A DNA stretch of 64,000 bases from Bdellovibrionales bacterium. Lineage in GTDB: Bacteria > Bdellovibrionota > Bdellovibrionia > Bdellovibrionales > JAUICD01. Position numbers and translations under genes: made by a program. The notes under the pieces were generated by a model. The model saw only the letters and a list, made by a program, of their open reading frames with translations, had not been told where the DNA came from and searched no databases. The DNA lies in the NCBI GenBank assembly GCA_965203275.1, contig OZ241865.1:384001-448000 (forward strand), in the 5' to 3' direction. Below, piece by piece: positions 21,027-31,767 of the stretch (position 1 is the stretch's first letter; the number at the start of each line of letters is the position of its first letter).

Positions 21027-21348
21027 AATTTCTATTGAAATTTTCATCTTATAAAAAATGCTCTTTGTTTTTTTATAATGGGTCGTAATTTGTCACCTTC
21101 TATATATAGGGGCCTATTTTGTCTAACATGTTAAAATAACTTGTATTTTTATAAGATATATCTTTCGAGATATTTGATCTGTCTAAAAAAACGACATATT
21201 GATCTCTTATTGTTCACTCTTTAAAAAATACAAAAAGCTAAGCAATTTTAATAATTTAGCTATATTAAGCCACTTGGAACAATTTCTGCTTTGAATATTA
21301 TTAGAAGGTTTATTTTTATAAAAAATAATTATTAAAGGAGTGATTCTA

Positions 21349-22491
21349 ATGGATCTTATAAGGCAAAACAAATGGCTATGGGTAGGTATTGTTTTGATAT
21401 TCGTCGTCACGGGTTATACTTTTGGTTTTTTTACTTCTCAGTCAGATCTTGACAATCCCCGTCAATCTCAAACTCATATAGATCATTTATTAGATGAACC
21501 TTTAAGTTTAGATACAAGAGCACAATTTGGAACTTTAGTAACTAAGAAAAAAACTCTTAAAAGAGGAGCTCAGTGGGGCAGTCTTAAAAATATGATGAAA
21601 GGAAAGATTGCTCACACAACAGATAAAAAGAAAAAAGACAAAAAAGATAAAAAAGACGACAAGAAAAAAGATGAAGAAAAAAAGGATAAAGACGAAGAAA
21701 AGAAAGAAGATGAAGAAAAAGAATTAGATTTTGAAGAAGATTATTATGCTCAAGAAGAAAGAGAAGAAGTAGAAGATGATCATACAGACACAGGCTCAGG
21801 TTTATTTCCAGCAGCTTATGCTCGAGGAGGTCGTTTGAATAACCAGACACCTACAACAGTAGATGATTGGATATCTTATTTGACGGGTAGCCCTTCTTTA
21901 CAAAAAACAAATCAATTCATTAATGAGCATCAATCAGGTCAAGTGTCAGCTAATGTTTTTCATCCTGTGGTAGATGCTTTAATAGAAAGTTCTGTTCAGG
22001 AAGTGAAAAGATTTGGTTTTCTTGCTTTATCCAGTACTCCAAGTCTTGAAACTTTTAATCATCTTGTGCGTATTTCTGTCAGTAATCATTCTGCAGACCA
22101 AAAAAGATCTGAAGACATCTTAAAAAACTATACAGAATTCCAACAACTTTCTGTTTTAATGAGAGCTATTCATTCTCCAGAAGACAATATAAGGCTAAAA
22201 GTAGCTGTACTTGCTGCGGAGTCTGCCACTAGGAATTTAAAACCTTCTGAAGCGACTGCACCTAAAGAAGGCTCTAATATTTCATCTAATACAGATGCGG
22301 TTTTGCAAGCCAATCAGTTAGTGTCATTGAAAAGGCAGAACCAAAATGAGAGTAGAATACTCTATGAAAGTTTTAGACAACAGCTTCAACGTCTAGCACA
22401 AAGTGACCCCAACCCTCAAGTCCGTCAGCAAGCTGAACACGCTGTAGGCATTATTGTAGGGTTACTACAACCTACTCAAATCCTTGAATAA
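21349..22491 (+). CDS. Membrane-anchored protein with a K/D/E-rich linker and a HEAT-like helical C-terminus
   Basis: N-terminal TM, low-complexity tract, SDPNPQVRQQA; AAGGAG RBS. Confidence 0.65.
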   Translation: MDLIRQNKWLWVGIVLIFVVTGYTFGFFTSQSDLDNPRQSQTHIDHLLDEPLSLDTRAQFGTLVTKKKTLKRGAQWGSLKNMMKGKIAHTTDKKKKDKKDKKDDKKKDEEKKDKDEEKKEDEEKELDFEEDYYAQEEREEVEDDHTDTGSGLFPAAYARGGRLNNQTPTTVDDWISYLTGSPSLQKTNQFINEHQSGQVSANVFHPVVDALIESSVQEVKRFGFLALSSTPSLETFNHLVRISVSNHSADQKRSEDILKNYTEFQQLSVLMRAIHSPEDNIRLKVAVLAAESATRNLKPSEATAPKEGSNISSNTDAVLQANQLVSLKRQNQNESRILYESFRQQLQRLAQSDPNPQVRQQAEHAVGIIVGLLQPTQILE

Positions 22492-22572
22492 AAACTGACT
22501 TTATTCTGAAATTTAGCACAATTATTTTTAAGATATTTTTTAAGAAATAACTATTTGTCATTCCATACTTTT

Positions 22573-23169
22573 TTAAAAAGAAGAACGAAGACTGTTAGGT
22601 AAAGTAGGATTAACTTTATCTACATGTGAATCTAAATGTGATTTTGATTTTTGATTTTTTGGAGTCGTTTGGTTTTTTTTATTTTGCATTGGAGGATTTT
22701 TATAAGAAACAGGGCCTTTTTCTGCCATTAAGTCATAAACATATTCTTTAACGGGAGCTTCTTGTTTCAAATGAGAAGGGGTAATTAATTTTGACAAATA
22801 AGAAGACATACTGCCATTTTCCGTTTGGATTATTTTAAATAAAATGGGAAGAGGAGCATAGACGCCCATTTTCCTTTCTTTTTCAAAAATAATTTGAGTG
22901 AGAGTGGATGCTGTGATGTCTGTTTTGGTTTTATTATCGACAACTCTGACATTTTTGCGAGTGCGTACCATATTGGCAATATCATTTAAAGTGACATAAC
23001 GACTCCTTTGGGTATCATAAAGCTTTCTATTCTGGTAACGCTTAATGATTTTAAGGGGCATGGGTTGTCTGTGATCCTGAGGAGGATTTCTTTGAAGCAT
23101 TTTTGATGGAGCGGACGGAGCGGGTGGAGCGTTTTGATTGTAGATATTTTGTTTTTTAACTGGATCCAA
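22573..23169 (-). CDS. phaR: PHA/PHB synthesis regulator DNA-binding domain protein (PhaR-like)
   Basis: IIKRYQNRKLYDT..S.YVTL.DI and DNKT..DIT...LTQII motifs. Confidence 0.8.
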   Translation of the reverse strand: MDPVKKQNIYNQNAPPAPSAPSKMLQRNPPQDHRQPMPLKIIKRYQNRKLYDTQRSRYVTLNDIANMVRTRKNVRVVDNKTKTDITASTLTQIIFEKERKMGVYAPLPILFKIIQTENGSMSSYLSKLITPSHLKQEAPVKEYVYDLMAEKGPVSYKNPPMQNKKNQTTPKNQKSKSHLDSHVDKVNPTLPNSLRSSF

Positions 23170-23526
23170 AATAGACCTCCTTCATTACTTTGTTTTCACT
23201 ATTTCCTCTATTCCTATTATAGAAGATTTTATTTTTTTAATTCTTATATTTCTTACTTATATTTTAAAATTCTATTTTAAAATTCTTATGCTTATAAAAT
23301 CTTCTCTTTCTATAAACTTAAAAACTCTTGTAAACTTCAAAGACTCTTACATAATCTATGTCTAAATGTATGCTCTTATTTAACCTACAGTTATAGAAAA
23401 GTCAAATCTTTCTAAAAATATATCTAATTTTTAATATACCTGACGCATGCTGTCAATATTTATTTTGTATTTTTGAAAATTTTACAGGGTTTACAGAGAA
23501 CAAATGGAATATTTTTGAAGTTTAAA

Positions 23527-23596
23527 TGGGTATTTTTAATATCTTGGTATTCTTAATACCTTGGTATTTTTAATACCTTGGTATTCTTAATACCTT
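23527..23596. repeat. Four 17-bp tandem copies containing the GGTATT-N3-AATACC palindrome
   Basis: Direct reading; the last copy overlaps the EamA stop codon. Confidence 0.8.
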
Positions 23597-24564
23597 TTGA
23601 GTTGAATCATAAGGGAGCAGACCACTAAAATGATACCACCGGTGATTTGGATGCCACTTAAAGGTTTACCTAAAAATATCCAGCTCACACTGACAGCTAG
23701 GAGAGGAAAGAATAGTTCTGCCACAGCTCCTATGCGGGCTTTAACAAGGCTAAGCCCTAGATAATAAAAGTACATACCAGAGAGGGCAAAGCCAAAAACC
23801 AAAAGGGCAATACGAGAGCCTGTATTAACAGTGATAGATGGTAAAAAAGTCAGAGTTTCTATTTTAATAAAGGGGATCATAGCTATCAATCCCCAAAAAA
23901 ATCTACCTGCTATAATTTCTTTTTCTGTATAGCCACAAAGAGATAGCTTTTTAGCAAAAACTATAGCTGTTCCCCATCCTCCCACAGCAATAAGGGCATA
24001 GAGATAGCCCCATACTTGATCTTGGGAAAAAATAGCAAATCCTTCTTCTAAAAAGGGTTTTAGCTCATGGTAAGAAACGAGAAAAGCCCCTAGCATAGCT
24101 AGGCTACTCCAGAGAAGAAATTCTTTTCTAATTTTTTCTTTCAGAACAAGATAAGAGAGGCTAACAGCAATAATCAACTGTAGTTTTGAAATAAGGATGA
24201 TGGCAGAGGGGTTGGCTATACCAATAGCTTTGGAAAAGAACAAATTCCCTATCCCTGAACCCCATGCTCCTACAATGATGAAGCAAAAAAGATGGCTCAA
24301 AGGTAAACTTTGGATTCTTTTGTAATGTTTAATGGCAAAGGGAATAAAAAGTAATGTGACGAAGAGATGTTCGTAGAAAACAATAATGGCAGGGCTTACT
24401 CCGCTTGCAATCAAAGGATATCTGATGAGAACATCAATAGACCATAGCAAGCATGCTAAGAGAATAAATAAAAATCCTTTAGCCTTTGAGTCATAAGCCA
24501 AATAACGCACAGGAGTTCCAAGGGCTACTTTAGTTACATCCATGACTTTTTGAGAACTGATCAT
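23587..24564 (-). CDS. EamA/DMT family transporter
   Basis: About 10 TM segments, LKEKI motif, two-repeat organisation. Confidence 0.85.
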   Translation of the reverse strand: MISSQKVMDVTKVALGTPVRYLAYDSKAKGFLFILLACLLWSIDVLIRYPLIASGVSPAIIVFYEHLFVTLLFIPFAIKHYKRIQSLPLSHLFCFIIVGAWGSGIGNLFFSKAIGIANPSAIILISKLQLIIAVSLSYLVLKEKIRKEFLLWSSLAMLGAFLVSYHELKPFLEEGFAIFSQDQVWGYLYALIAVGGWGTAIVFAKKLSLCGYTEKEIIAGRFFWGLIAMIPFIKIETLTFLPSITVNTGSRIALLVFGFALSGMYFYYLGLSLVKARIGAVAELFFPLLAVSVSWIFLGKPLSGIQITGGIILVVCSLMIQLKRY

Positions 24565-24635
24565 TGTATCCTTTTTATTTTTAATCTTCTTTTAGTTTTG
24601 ATATTTTTTCTTGCTATATTGGGGTATTTCTCATT

Positions 24636-24677
24636 GTTTCCCTTACATGGTTTCCCTTACATGGTTTCCCTTACATG
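24636..24677. repeat. Three perfect 14-bp tandem repeats GTTTCCCTTACATG
   Basis: Direct reading, about 70 bp upstream of the EamA start. Confidence 0.85.
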
Positions 24678-25026
24678 ATTGTCTTGATTATTTTTTCTGG
24701 CATAGTTTTTTAATGAAAGCTTTTCTTTTAGATATGATATTTGTTTAAAAAGCTATTATTAAAGGAAGTCTACTTAAAAATCAATAATGATTTTAATTTA
24801 TTATAATGCACCTCAGAAGATTTCTTTATAGAGCGTTAAAAAATATTGTCGCTTGGAATGAAATAAAGATTATGAAATCTTGACTTGAGTCTTTTAATGC
24901 TTTAGATCATCTAGTATTTAAAAGGATATGTTGATATGTCTGTTAAAAATAATATTGTCAGTATTTACAACGATAAATAATGATGATCATAACAAAATCA
25001 ATGTATAATATAAAAGGAGCATCTTA

Positions 25027-25794
25027 ATGAAATATCAATGTCTTAAGGGGAAAAAGGCACTTATTTTTGGAGTAGCTAATGATAAAAGCCTTGCATGGGG
25101 TATTGCTAAGTCTTTACATCAAAGAGCTTGCGAGCTGGGTTTCAGTTATCTTAATGATAGGTTCAAACAGCGTATGTTACCTTTAGCAGAAAGTATCAAT
25201 GCAAAGTTTATAGAAGAGTTAGATGTCAATAATCCTCAGCAAGCTGAGGCCTTTTTTCAAAAAAGCAAAGAGATGTTTGGTCATATAGATATTCTTGTTC
25301 ATTCTTTAGCTTTTGCACAAAGGGATGATTTAGAAGGTCGTTTTATAGACACCAGTCAAGAAGGATTTTTAACAGCAATGCAGACAAGTGTTTATTCTTT
25401 AATACGTCTTGCCAGGTTAGCAGAGCCTCTTATGCCCAATGGAGGTAGAATTATTACTCTGACTTATTTAGGTTCTCAAAAGGTGATCCCCCATTACAAT
25501 GTTATGGGTGTAGCTAAAGCTGCCCTTGAGGCTTCTGTGCGTTACTTGGCTTATGACTTAGGACCCAAATCTATTTGTGTTAATGCTATTTCAGCAGGCC
25601 CTGTTAAAACTCTTTCTGCACTTGGTATTCGTGATTTTAAAGAGATGCTTGGACAAAATAAAAACAAGTCCCCCTTAAGAGAAAATATCACAATTGAAGA
25701 TGTGGGTGAAATGGCTGCTTATCTCTGTAGTGATGGTGGGAAGCATGTCACTGGTACAACCATGTATGTCGATAGTGGGACTCATATTTTATGA
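25027..25794 (+). CDS. fabI: Enoyl-ACP reductase
   Basis: GVANDKSLAWGIA, VHSLAFA, YNVMGVAKAALE and NAISAGP motifs. Confidence 0.95.
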   Translation: MKYQCLKGKKALIFGVANDKSLAWGIAKSLHQRACELGFSYLNDRFKQRMLPLAESINAKFIEELDVNNPQQAEAFFQKSKEMFGHIDILVHSLAFAQRDDLEGRFIDTSQEGFLTAMQTSVYSLIRLARLAEPLMPNGGRIITLTYLGSQKVIPHYNVMGVAKAALEASVRYLAYDLGPKSICVNAISAGPVKTLSALGIRDFKEMLGQNKNKSPLRENITIEDVGEMAAYLCSDGGKHVTGTTMYVDSGTHIL

Positions 25795-26534
25795 ACATTA
25801 TGAATATTATGAACATTCAAAATAAGGCTATTTTTTTAAAAATATTATCCCTTATGCTTAAATATTATAAGATCTGTGGGGTATGTCGTTTAGGTTATAG
25901 TTTTTTAAATAGGCAACCTATAGATTGGTTATGCCCATCTTGTCAGGAATATTTTTTACAAGAAGCTCAATTGAGATCACATAAAGCTCCTGCGTATCAG
26001 GATGGACCTGTTTACTCTTTAATGAAGTGGGATGAACACAACCATGATTTTATATCTCGATTGCTTCAAAGCTTAAAAGGCAATTATAATAAAATAGGCT
26101 GGTCTCTGGTTATCAAGGTTTTTATGCAAGAAATACTATTTAATAATGCAGTTTCTTGGTGGAAACAGGCAGAGGTTATTGTACCTGCTCCTTCTCACAC
26201 ACACGATCGTCAACATGCTCAAGTTTTAGCAGAGGCTTTAGGTCAACACTTACATTTGCCAGTAGCATCAGAGCTTTTAAGCTTTGAACCCGTCGACGAA
26301 AAGTCATGGTTTAGGTTTAAAAGACAAGGGTCTTATAGACAGGCTTTTAAATCTAAAAGCCAGAGGTCTCAGGTATCTATAATTGCTCAACCGTCTAAAT
26401 ATAAAAAAATCTTATTTGTAGATGATATTTGCACTACAGGATCGACTATACTTGCAGCTCGAAAGGCATTTGGTCGGTTGATTTACTTTCAACCTTTTGT
26501 ATTTGCTTGTAAAATGCAAACAATCAGTTTATAA
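25791..26534 (+). CDS. comF: ComF-like phosphoribosyltransferase-fold protein
   Basis: Two N-terminal CxxC motifs and LFVDDICTTGST. Confidence 0.75.
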   Translation: MNIMNIMNIQNKAIFLKILSLMLKYYKICGVCRLGYSFLNRQPIDWLCPSCQEYFLQEAQLRSHKAPAYQDGPVYSLMKWDEHNHDFISRLLQSLKGNYNKIGWSLVIKVFMQEILFNNAVSWWKQAEVIVPAPSHTHDRQHAQVLAEALGQHLHLPVASELLSFEPVDEKSWFRFKRQGSYRQAFKSKSQRSQVSIIAQPSKYKKILFVDDICTTGSTILAARKAFGRLIYFQPFVFACKMQTISL

Positions 26535-26541
26535 TTGATAT

Positions 26542-27732
26542 ATGATGCAAGTTTATATTGAATTTAAAATGTATTTTTTACTATTATTTGCTGTTGTTTT
26601 ATTGCAAAGTTCTTTAGCTTTCAGTAAAGTAAATACACTGGATTTTACACCTTCTCAAACAGCTTCTACTTCACCTACTCTGGTGCGTCCACTGGATCAA
26701 ATGGATCATTCGGATCATTCGGATCATTTGGATCAGCAAAGTGTGGAAAGTACATCTGTTGATGAAGATAAAAATCAGCAAAGTGCGGAAAGTATACCTG
26801 TTGATGAGGATAAAAATCAGCAGAGTGTGGAAAGTATACCTGTTGATGAAAATAAAAATCAGCAAAGTGTGGAAACTATATCTGTTGATGAAAATAAAAA
26901 TCAGCAAAGTGCGGAAAGTATATCTGTTGATGAAAATAAAAATCAGCAAAGTGTGAAAAGTACATCTGTTGATGAAGATAAAAATCAGCAAAGTGCGGAA
27001 AGTACATCTGTTGATGAAAATAAAAGTCAGCAAAGTGCAGAAAGTATATCTGTTGATGAAAATAAAAGTCAGCAGAGTGTGGAAAGTATACCTGTTGATG
27101 AGGATAAAAAAGATCTTGATAAGGCAGAGGATGATTTTTCTGATATACTCAATGCTGTTGAAGCAAAATATACTCAAATGCAAACCCTGCAATCAAAGGT
27201 GACAAAAACAAATATTCTTAAGCTTTTGCAAAGGCAAAACGTTCATAAAGGGGAACTTCAAATCAAAAAAGGGGGCTTGATGCGTTTGGAGTTTAAAACG
27301 CCAGTTAGGTCTATTTTATTGATTAATACAAAAGGAAGTTGGCATATACAGTATCCTGATACTCCTGCATTTGATGATACTATTCGAGTGATCAGTTCTA
27401 AAACAAGGTCTATTTTAGAGCAGGCTTTATTATCTATTTTAGAGTTGGGTGATATTCTAAAATACTTTAACCTTTTAGAAGCTCAAAAAACAAAAGCTTC
27501 ACAAGAAGATTCATCGTATGTTTTTAAATTAAAACCTCATAAAGATGTAGCATCTCTTCATCAATTAGAAGTAGAGATCAATGATCAATTTTTGATCACA
27601 AGGGTTACTTATCAGGATGCATTAGAAAACAAAACATCACTTCATTTTTCTGAAATTTCAATAAATAAAAAGATCAAAGATGCTGTTTTTATTTTTAAAA
27701 AGCCAAAGGATGCTGAGGTGATTGCAAGATAA
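26542..27732 (+). CDS. lolA: LolA-like lipoprotein carrier with an N-terminal acidic tandem repeat (9 x 14 aa)
   Basis: C-terminal KGELQIKKGGLMRLEF and YQDALENKT..F..I.IN...F.FKKP fit the LolA fold; 42-bp repeats at 26734-27111. Confidence 0.7.
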   Translation: MMQVYIEFKMYFLLLFAVVLLQSSLAFSKVNTLDFTPSQTASTSPTLVRPLDQMDHSDHSDHLDQQSVESTSVDEDKNQQSAESIPVDEDKNQQSVESIPVDENKNQQSVETISVDENKNQQSAESISVDENKNQQSVKSTSVDEDKNQQSAESTSVDENKSQQSAESISVDENKSQQSVESIPVDEDKKDLDKAEDDFSDILNAVEAKYTQMQTLQSKVTKTNILKLLQRQNVHKGELQIKKGGLMRLEFKTPVRSILLINTKGSWHIQYPDTPAFDDTIRVISSKTRSILEQALLSILELGDILKYFNLLEAQKTKASQEDSSYVFKLKPHKDVASLHQLEVEINDQFLITRVTYQDALENKTSLHFSEISINKKIKDAVFIFKKPKDAEVIAR

Positions 27733-27744
27733 AGACAGTTAATG

Positions 27745-28967
27745 TCATTAACATCATGTTTATCTGGGATCTGGGATCTGGGATCCGGGATCCGGGATCT
27801 GGGATCCGGGATCGGGATCCGGGATGGGATCCGGGATCCGGGATCCGGGATCTGGGATCCGGGATCTGGGATCCGGCAACCCGCCATCAGGCAGGAAAGG
27901 CGTTTTGTTTCCCTAACATTTCACTCAAAATGCATCATGCCGTCTGTTTCACTTGAAATGAGCCACACCGCTGGTGTGTTTTTTGGTGTTGCCTGCAAAG
28001 GCTTTCGCCTTTGACAAAATAGGCAACACCTAAAAAATCCGCTCATTTCAAGTAGGGCGGATCTCCTTGCTTCTTTACACCATGTTAGGGAAAAAGTGTT
28101 TTTATTGTCTTGGAAGCAAGCGGGCTACAATAAAGGAACTTTTTCCCTAACATCATGTTAAGAGACGAGGAGATCCTCCCCTACTCAAAATGAGCAGTTT
28201 TTTGCGGCATTGCTCTTTTTGGACAGCGATAGCTGTCAGAGCAATCGTCAGAAGGAAATCTTTTTCCTTAACATCGTGTCAAAAGAGGAAAGGATCCTTC
28301 CTACTAAAAGTGGTCAGGCTTTTGAGGCAATGACCATTTTGTCAAAGGCGAAAGCCTTTGCGGTCATTGCCCAAAAGTAGCCAGAGGCTAGACCACTTTT
28401 AGTGAAACAGAGGTGTGGCTCATTTTGAGTGAAACAACTATTTTGAGTAGAGGAGGATCCTTTTATTCCTCTACACCATGTTAGGGAAAAAGTGCTTTTA
28501 TTACTTTAGGAGCAAGCGGGTCTGCGGAAGATCTCCAGCCTGCCCCCGCCTCCCACTCATAATATTCTTCATTTTTTTGAGAGTTACGCAGAATCTAAAA
28601 AAATAAAAAAAACAAAAAAAACGAACATCTTGTTTCCCTAACATCGTATTGATTTTTTCTGGGATCCGGGATCTGGGATCCGGGATCCGGCAACCCGGCA
28701 TCAGATCCCAGAATTGACTTTTTCCTTAACATGGTATAAAGAAATGAAAGGATATTTTTCCGGGATCCGTGATCTGGCACCCTGGCATCAAACAGACAGG
28801 CAAGGATGAAGCGAATATCTTGTTTCCCTAACATTGTGTTAAAAGCAAGGAGATCCTTCCTACTAAAAGTAAACGGACTTTTGAGGTAGCCAGCCTTTGA
28901 TCGACGGCGAAAGCCGTCGGGCTGGCTACCCAAAAGTGACCAGAGGTCAGTTTACTTTTAGGGAAAC
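27745..28967. repeat. Mosaic structured-repeat array D (units 27949-28095 +, 28261-28407 -, 28823-28967 -, partials, hairpin module B on - strand, heptamer tracts)
   Basis: Largest array; all module types present. Confidence 0.9.
27764..27873. repeat. About 16 tandem heptamers CYGGGAT (GATC-dense)
   Basis: Direct reading; expanded form of the module seen in other arrays. Confidence 0.92.
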
Positions 28968-28984
28968 AAATGAAAACAAAGGAT

Positions 28985-29548
28985 TTAGCAATTTCTTTCA
29001 ACTTCACAGAGAGCTATTTGGGCATATCCTAATACACCTTCATTTCCATTGTTATTGAGATTTATTTCTTCATTTTGGAATACTAATTTGAATTCATAAT
29101 GACCATCTTCAAGCTGTTGTTCTTGATAAAGATAAAGGCTACCATGATCGTCAGTATATAGAGCTGCTCTTTCTTCCGTCACAACACCTTGTTGAAACGT
29201 CAATCGAGTGGTGTGTGGAGCATCTTCATCTATCGCATCTTCATCCCATACACTGACAAAAATATCTTGACCTTGAAATTGGATTTCTATTCGGCTGACT
29301 GTTCCTGTGAGATATTCACCTAAGAAATCTTCTGCTACAGTTTCTATGGGATCGTCTGCATTCTCACTAGGGTCAGGTAACTCAAGAGGAATCCAAACAG
29401 AACGAGATCTTGTCATTGGCTGTATATCATTGCCTGTAGTAGATGGAACAACAACTATACCAGAATGATCAGAACATGCTGTAGTCAACATCAAAGTAAA
29501 AAATAGCAATATTGTATGTAAAATAGATTGGCTTGTTCTTTTATTCAT
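28985..29548 (-). CDS. Hypothetical lipoprotein
   Basis: LTTAC lipobox; GAGGAGG RBS before ATG 29548. Confidence 0.7.
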   Translation of the reverse strand: MNKRTSQSILHTILLFFTLMLTTACSDHSGIVVVPSTTGNDIQPMTRSRSVWIPLELPDPSENADDPIETVAEDFLGEYLTGTVSRIEIQFQGQDIFVSVWDEDAIDEDAPHTTRLTFQQGVVTEERAALYTDDHGSLYLYQEQQLEDGHYEFKLVFQNEEINLNNNGNEGVLGYAQIALCEVERNC

Positions 29549-29840
29549 TATTCCCTCCTCATTTTTATATTTAATAAACCCTACATAAATTATTACTTCA
29601 AATATCATGCCAAAATATTTTTTAAAAAAGACATTTTTAAAGGTAAAATCCTTACTTTTAAGCCATTTTAAGTGTGAAAAATAAGAAAAAACAAAAATAA
29701 GATTTTAAGTGACAATTCTGGTCCAACAACTGACTGTTTTTTAGACACTTTGCATTTCATAATACTCTAGTGTATTCAGATCAGAAGTCAGTATATGAAA
29801 GCATCTAGCGTCTAGTGTCTAGTGTATAGAAAGATTAAGG

Positions 29841-30095
29841 TTAGATAAGTAATTTATCTAATTGACCTTGGCGATCTAGTTCGGATAGTTCCTGAAAGCC
29901 ACCAATTAAGACATCATCAATGAAAATTTGAGGGACTGTCCTCATGCCTGTTTTTTCTTGAAGCTTCTTGAAATCCTCCATATTATCTTCCTTAAAGCAA
30001 ATTTCTTCAAAGGGTTGGTTTTTAGACTGGAATAAGCTCTTAGCCCTATCACAATAAGGACAATGATCTTTGGAATAAATGATAACTTTAGCCAC
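29841..30095 (-). CDS. grxC: Glutaredoxin 3
   Basis: CPYC, TVPQIFI and GG motifs; GTG start with AAGGAG RBS. Confidence 0.92.
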   Translation of the reverse strand: MAKVIIYSKDHCPYCDRAKSLFQSKNQPFEEICFKEDNMEDFKKLQEKTGMRTVPQIFIDDVLIGGFQELSELDRQGQLDKLLI

Positions 30096-30205
30096 TTTTA
30101 TTCTCCTTGTAATAATAAATAAACACTTCTTTCTTGAAAAACCACTTAAAATAATTGTACAATACACCCATCAAAAAAAGACTGCAAGGAAAAGGAAAAA
30201 GTACT

Positions 30206-31255
30206 ATGATCAATTCTTTGTCATCACAATACAAAAAAGCAGGCGTGGATATTCAAGCAGGTGAAAAACTTGTAGAGTGGCTTAAGGATACATCCCATCA
30301 AGTAGATTCTTCTCAATGTCGCTGGCTTGAAAAGCACTTGCTTTCTGGTATTGGTGGTTTTGCTTCTATTTTTAAGCTCCCTTCTGGATATAAAAATCCC
30401 TGCTTGGTTAGTTGTACTGATGGTGTGGGGACAAAACTACTCTTAGGTATTCAAGCAGGAAAACTTCAAGGGTTAGGTGAAGACTTAGTGGCTATGTGCG
30501 TCAATGATTTGATTGTACAGGGAGCAAGGCCATTGTTTTTCTTAGATTATTTTGCTTGTGGACAACTAGACCTTAAGACAACTAAGGATTTTTTATTAGG
30601 AGTGCAATCAGCTTGCAAGCAAGCAGGTTGTCTGCTTGTAGGGGGTGAGACAGCAGAAATGCCTGGCTTTTATTTAAAAGGTCATTTTGACTGTGCAGGT
30701 TTTGCTGTAGGTGTTGTTGAAGAAGATCAAATAATTACAGGCCAAGATATGCAACCAGGGGACTTTGTTTTAGGTATTGAAAGTTCTGGTTTTCATAGCA
30801 ATGGTTACAGTCTTTTAAGAAAGATTTTTCATAATGAACCAAAATATTTACAAGAGTTACTCATTCCTACCCGTATTTATGTAGAGCCGATCCTTAAGCT
30901 TTTAGACAAGCAAATAAAGATTCACGGCATGGCTCATATCACAGGTGGAGGCATGGATAACATACAACGTGTTTTACAAAAGGGAATTTCTTTTACGATA
31001 GACCAATGGACGTGGCCTTCTATTTATAAAGAAATTCAACAGCGTACAGGGATGACAACAACAGAACTGCTTAAAACTTTTAACTGTGGTATTGGCTATG
31101 TTCTGATCGTTCCACCCTCATCAGTGGATGCTCTTAAAAAAGAATTAACCTTGTATGATTGGACTGTCCAGCATTTAGGAGTACTTCAGTCTAGCAACCA
31201 GCTTGATAGTTGTTCTTTAAATTATCATCTTGACGAAAAAATAGAAATGCAATAA
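30206..31255 (+). CDS. purM: Phosphoribosylformylglycinamidine cyclo-ligase
   Basis: YKKAGVDI, TDGVGTK, GGETAEMPG, SSGFHSNGYSL, HITGGG and TFNCGIG motifs. Confidence 0.96.
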   Translation: MINSLSSQYKKAGVDIQAGEKLVEWLKDTSHQVDSSQCRWLEKHLLSGIGGFASIFKLPSGYKNPCLVSCTDGVGTKLLLGIQAGKLQGLGEDLVAMCVNDLIVQGARPLFFLDYFACGQLDLKTTKDFLLGVQSACKQAGCLLVGGETAEMPGFYLKGHFDCAGFAVGVVEEDQIITGQDMQPGDFVLGIESSGFHSNGYSLLRKIFHNEPKYLQELLIPTRIYVEPILKLLDKQIKIHGMAHITGGGMDNIQRVLQKGISFTIDQWTWPSIYKEIQQRTGMTTTELLKTFNCGIGYVLIVPPSSVDALKKELTLYDWTVQHLGVLQSSNQLDSCSLNYHLDEKIEMQ

Positions 31256-31364
31256 TTTTTTCATTCTTTATTTATTTTCCATCTGCTTTATCCGATCTGT
31301 TTAAAAATACCAAACAAAAAATCATAACTTTTAAATATATCTTTATAACAGAAAGGATGTTCTT

Positions 31365-31559
31365 ATGAATAATTTTCAAGAAGATATCATACCACCACAA
31401 CATGATCATATCGTTGCAGAATATTATTGTTGTTATTTATGTGGTCACGAATTGGCTTTTTCTTATAAGATAGATGAGCATTATCAAAAGATCACAGAGC
31501 AATCAGCTTGTAAAAGTTGTGGCTTTAAAAACAAACCTCAACAATTCCCTTTACAATAA
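31365..31559 (+). CDS. Small zinc-ribbon protein
   Basis: CYLCG ... CKSCG; AAGGA RBS. Confidence 0.6.
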   Translation: MNNFQEDIIPPQHDHIVAEYYCCYLCGHELAFSYKIDEHYQKITEQSACKSCGFKNKPQQFPLQ

Positions 31560-31767
31560 AATTTTTTCTAAAATATATTCTGTTGTCTGTGTGGTATGGG
31601 CTATATCCTTATAGACTTTTGTCAGAGCTGAGCTGACTTGATTGGTCTTGAAAACTCTAAAGAAAATCACATTATGACCGATATATGTATTAGACAGTGA
31701 TAGATAACTGTTTATAACTAGACTTTAAATAATTTCAAAACAGGTTAAAAAACATAAATTCTGCACA

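Noticed and set aside
27642..28933. ORFs inside the arrays (7393-7722, 9751-9988, 27642-28014, 28501-28933, 49521-49715, 55156-55368, 57428-57622)
   Set aside because: They are translations of palindromic or heptamer repeats, open in several frames and on both strands, with no protein-like features.
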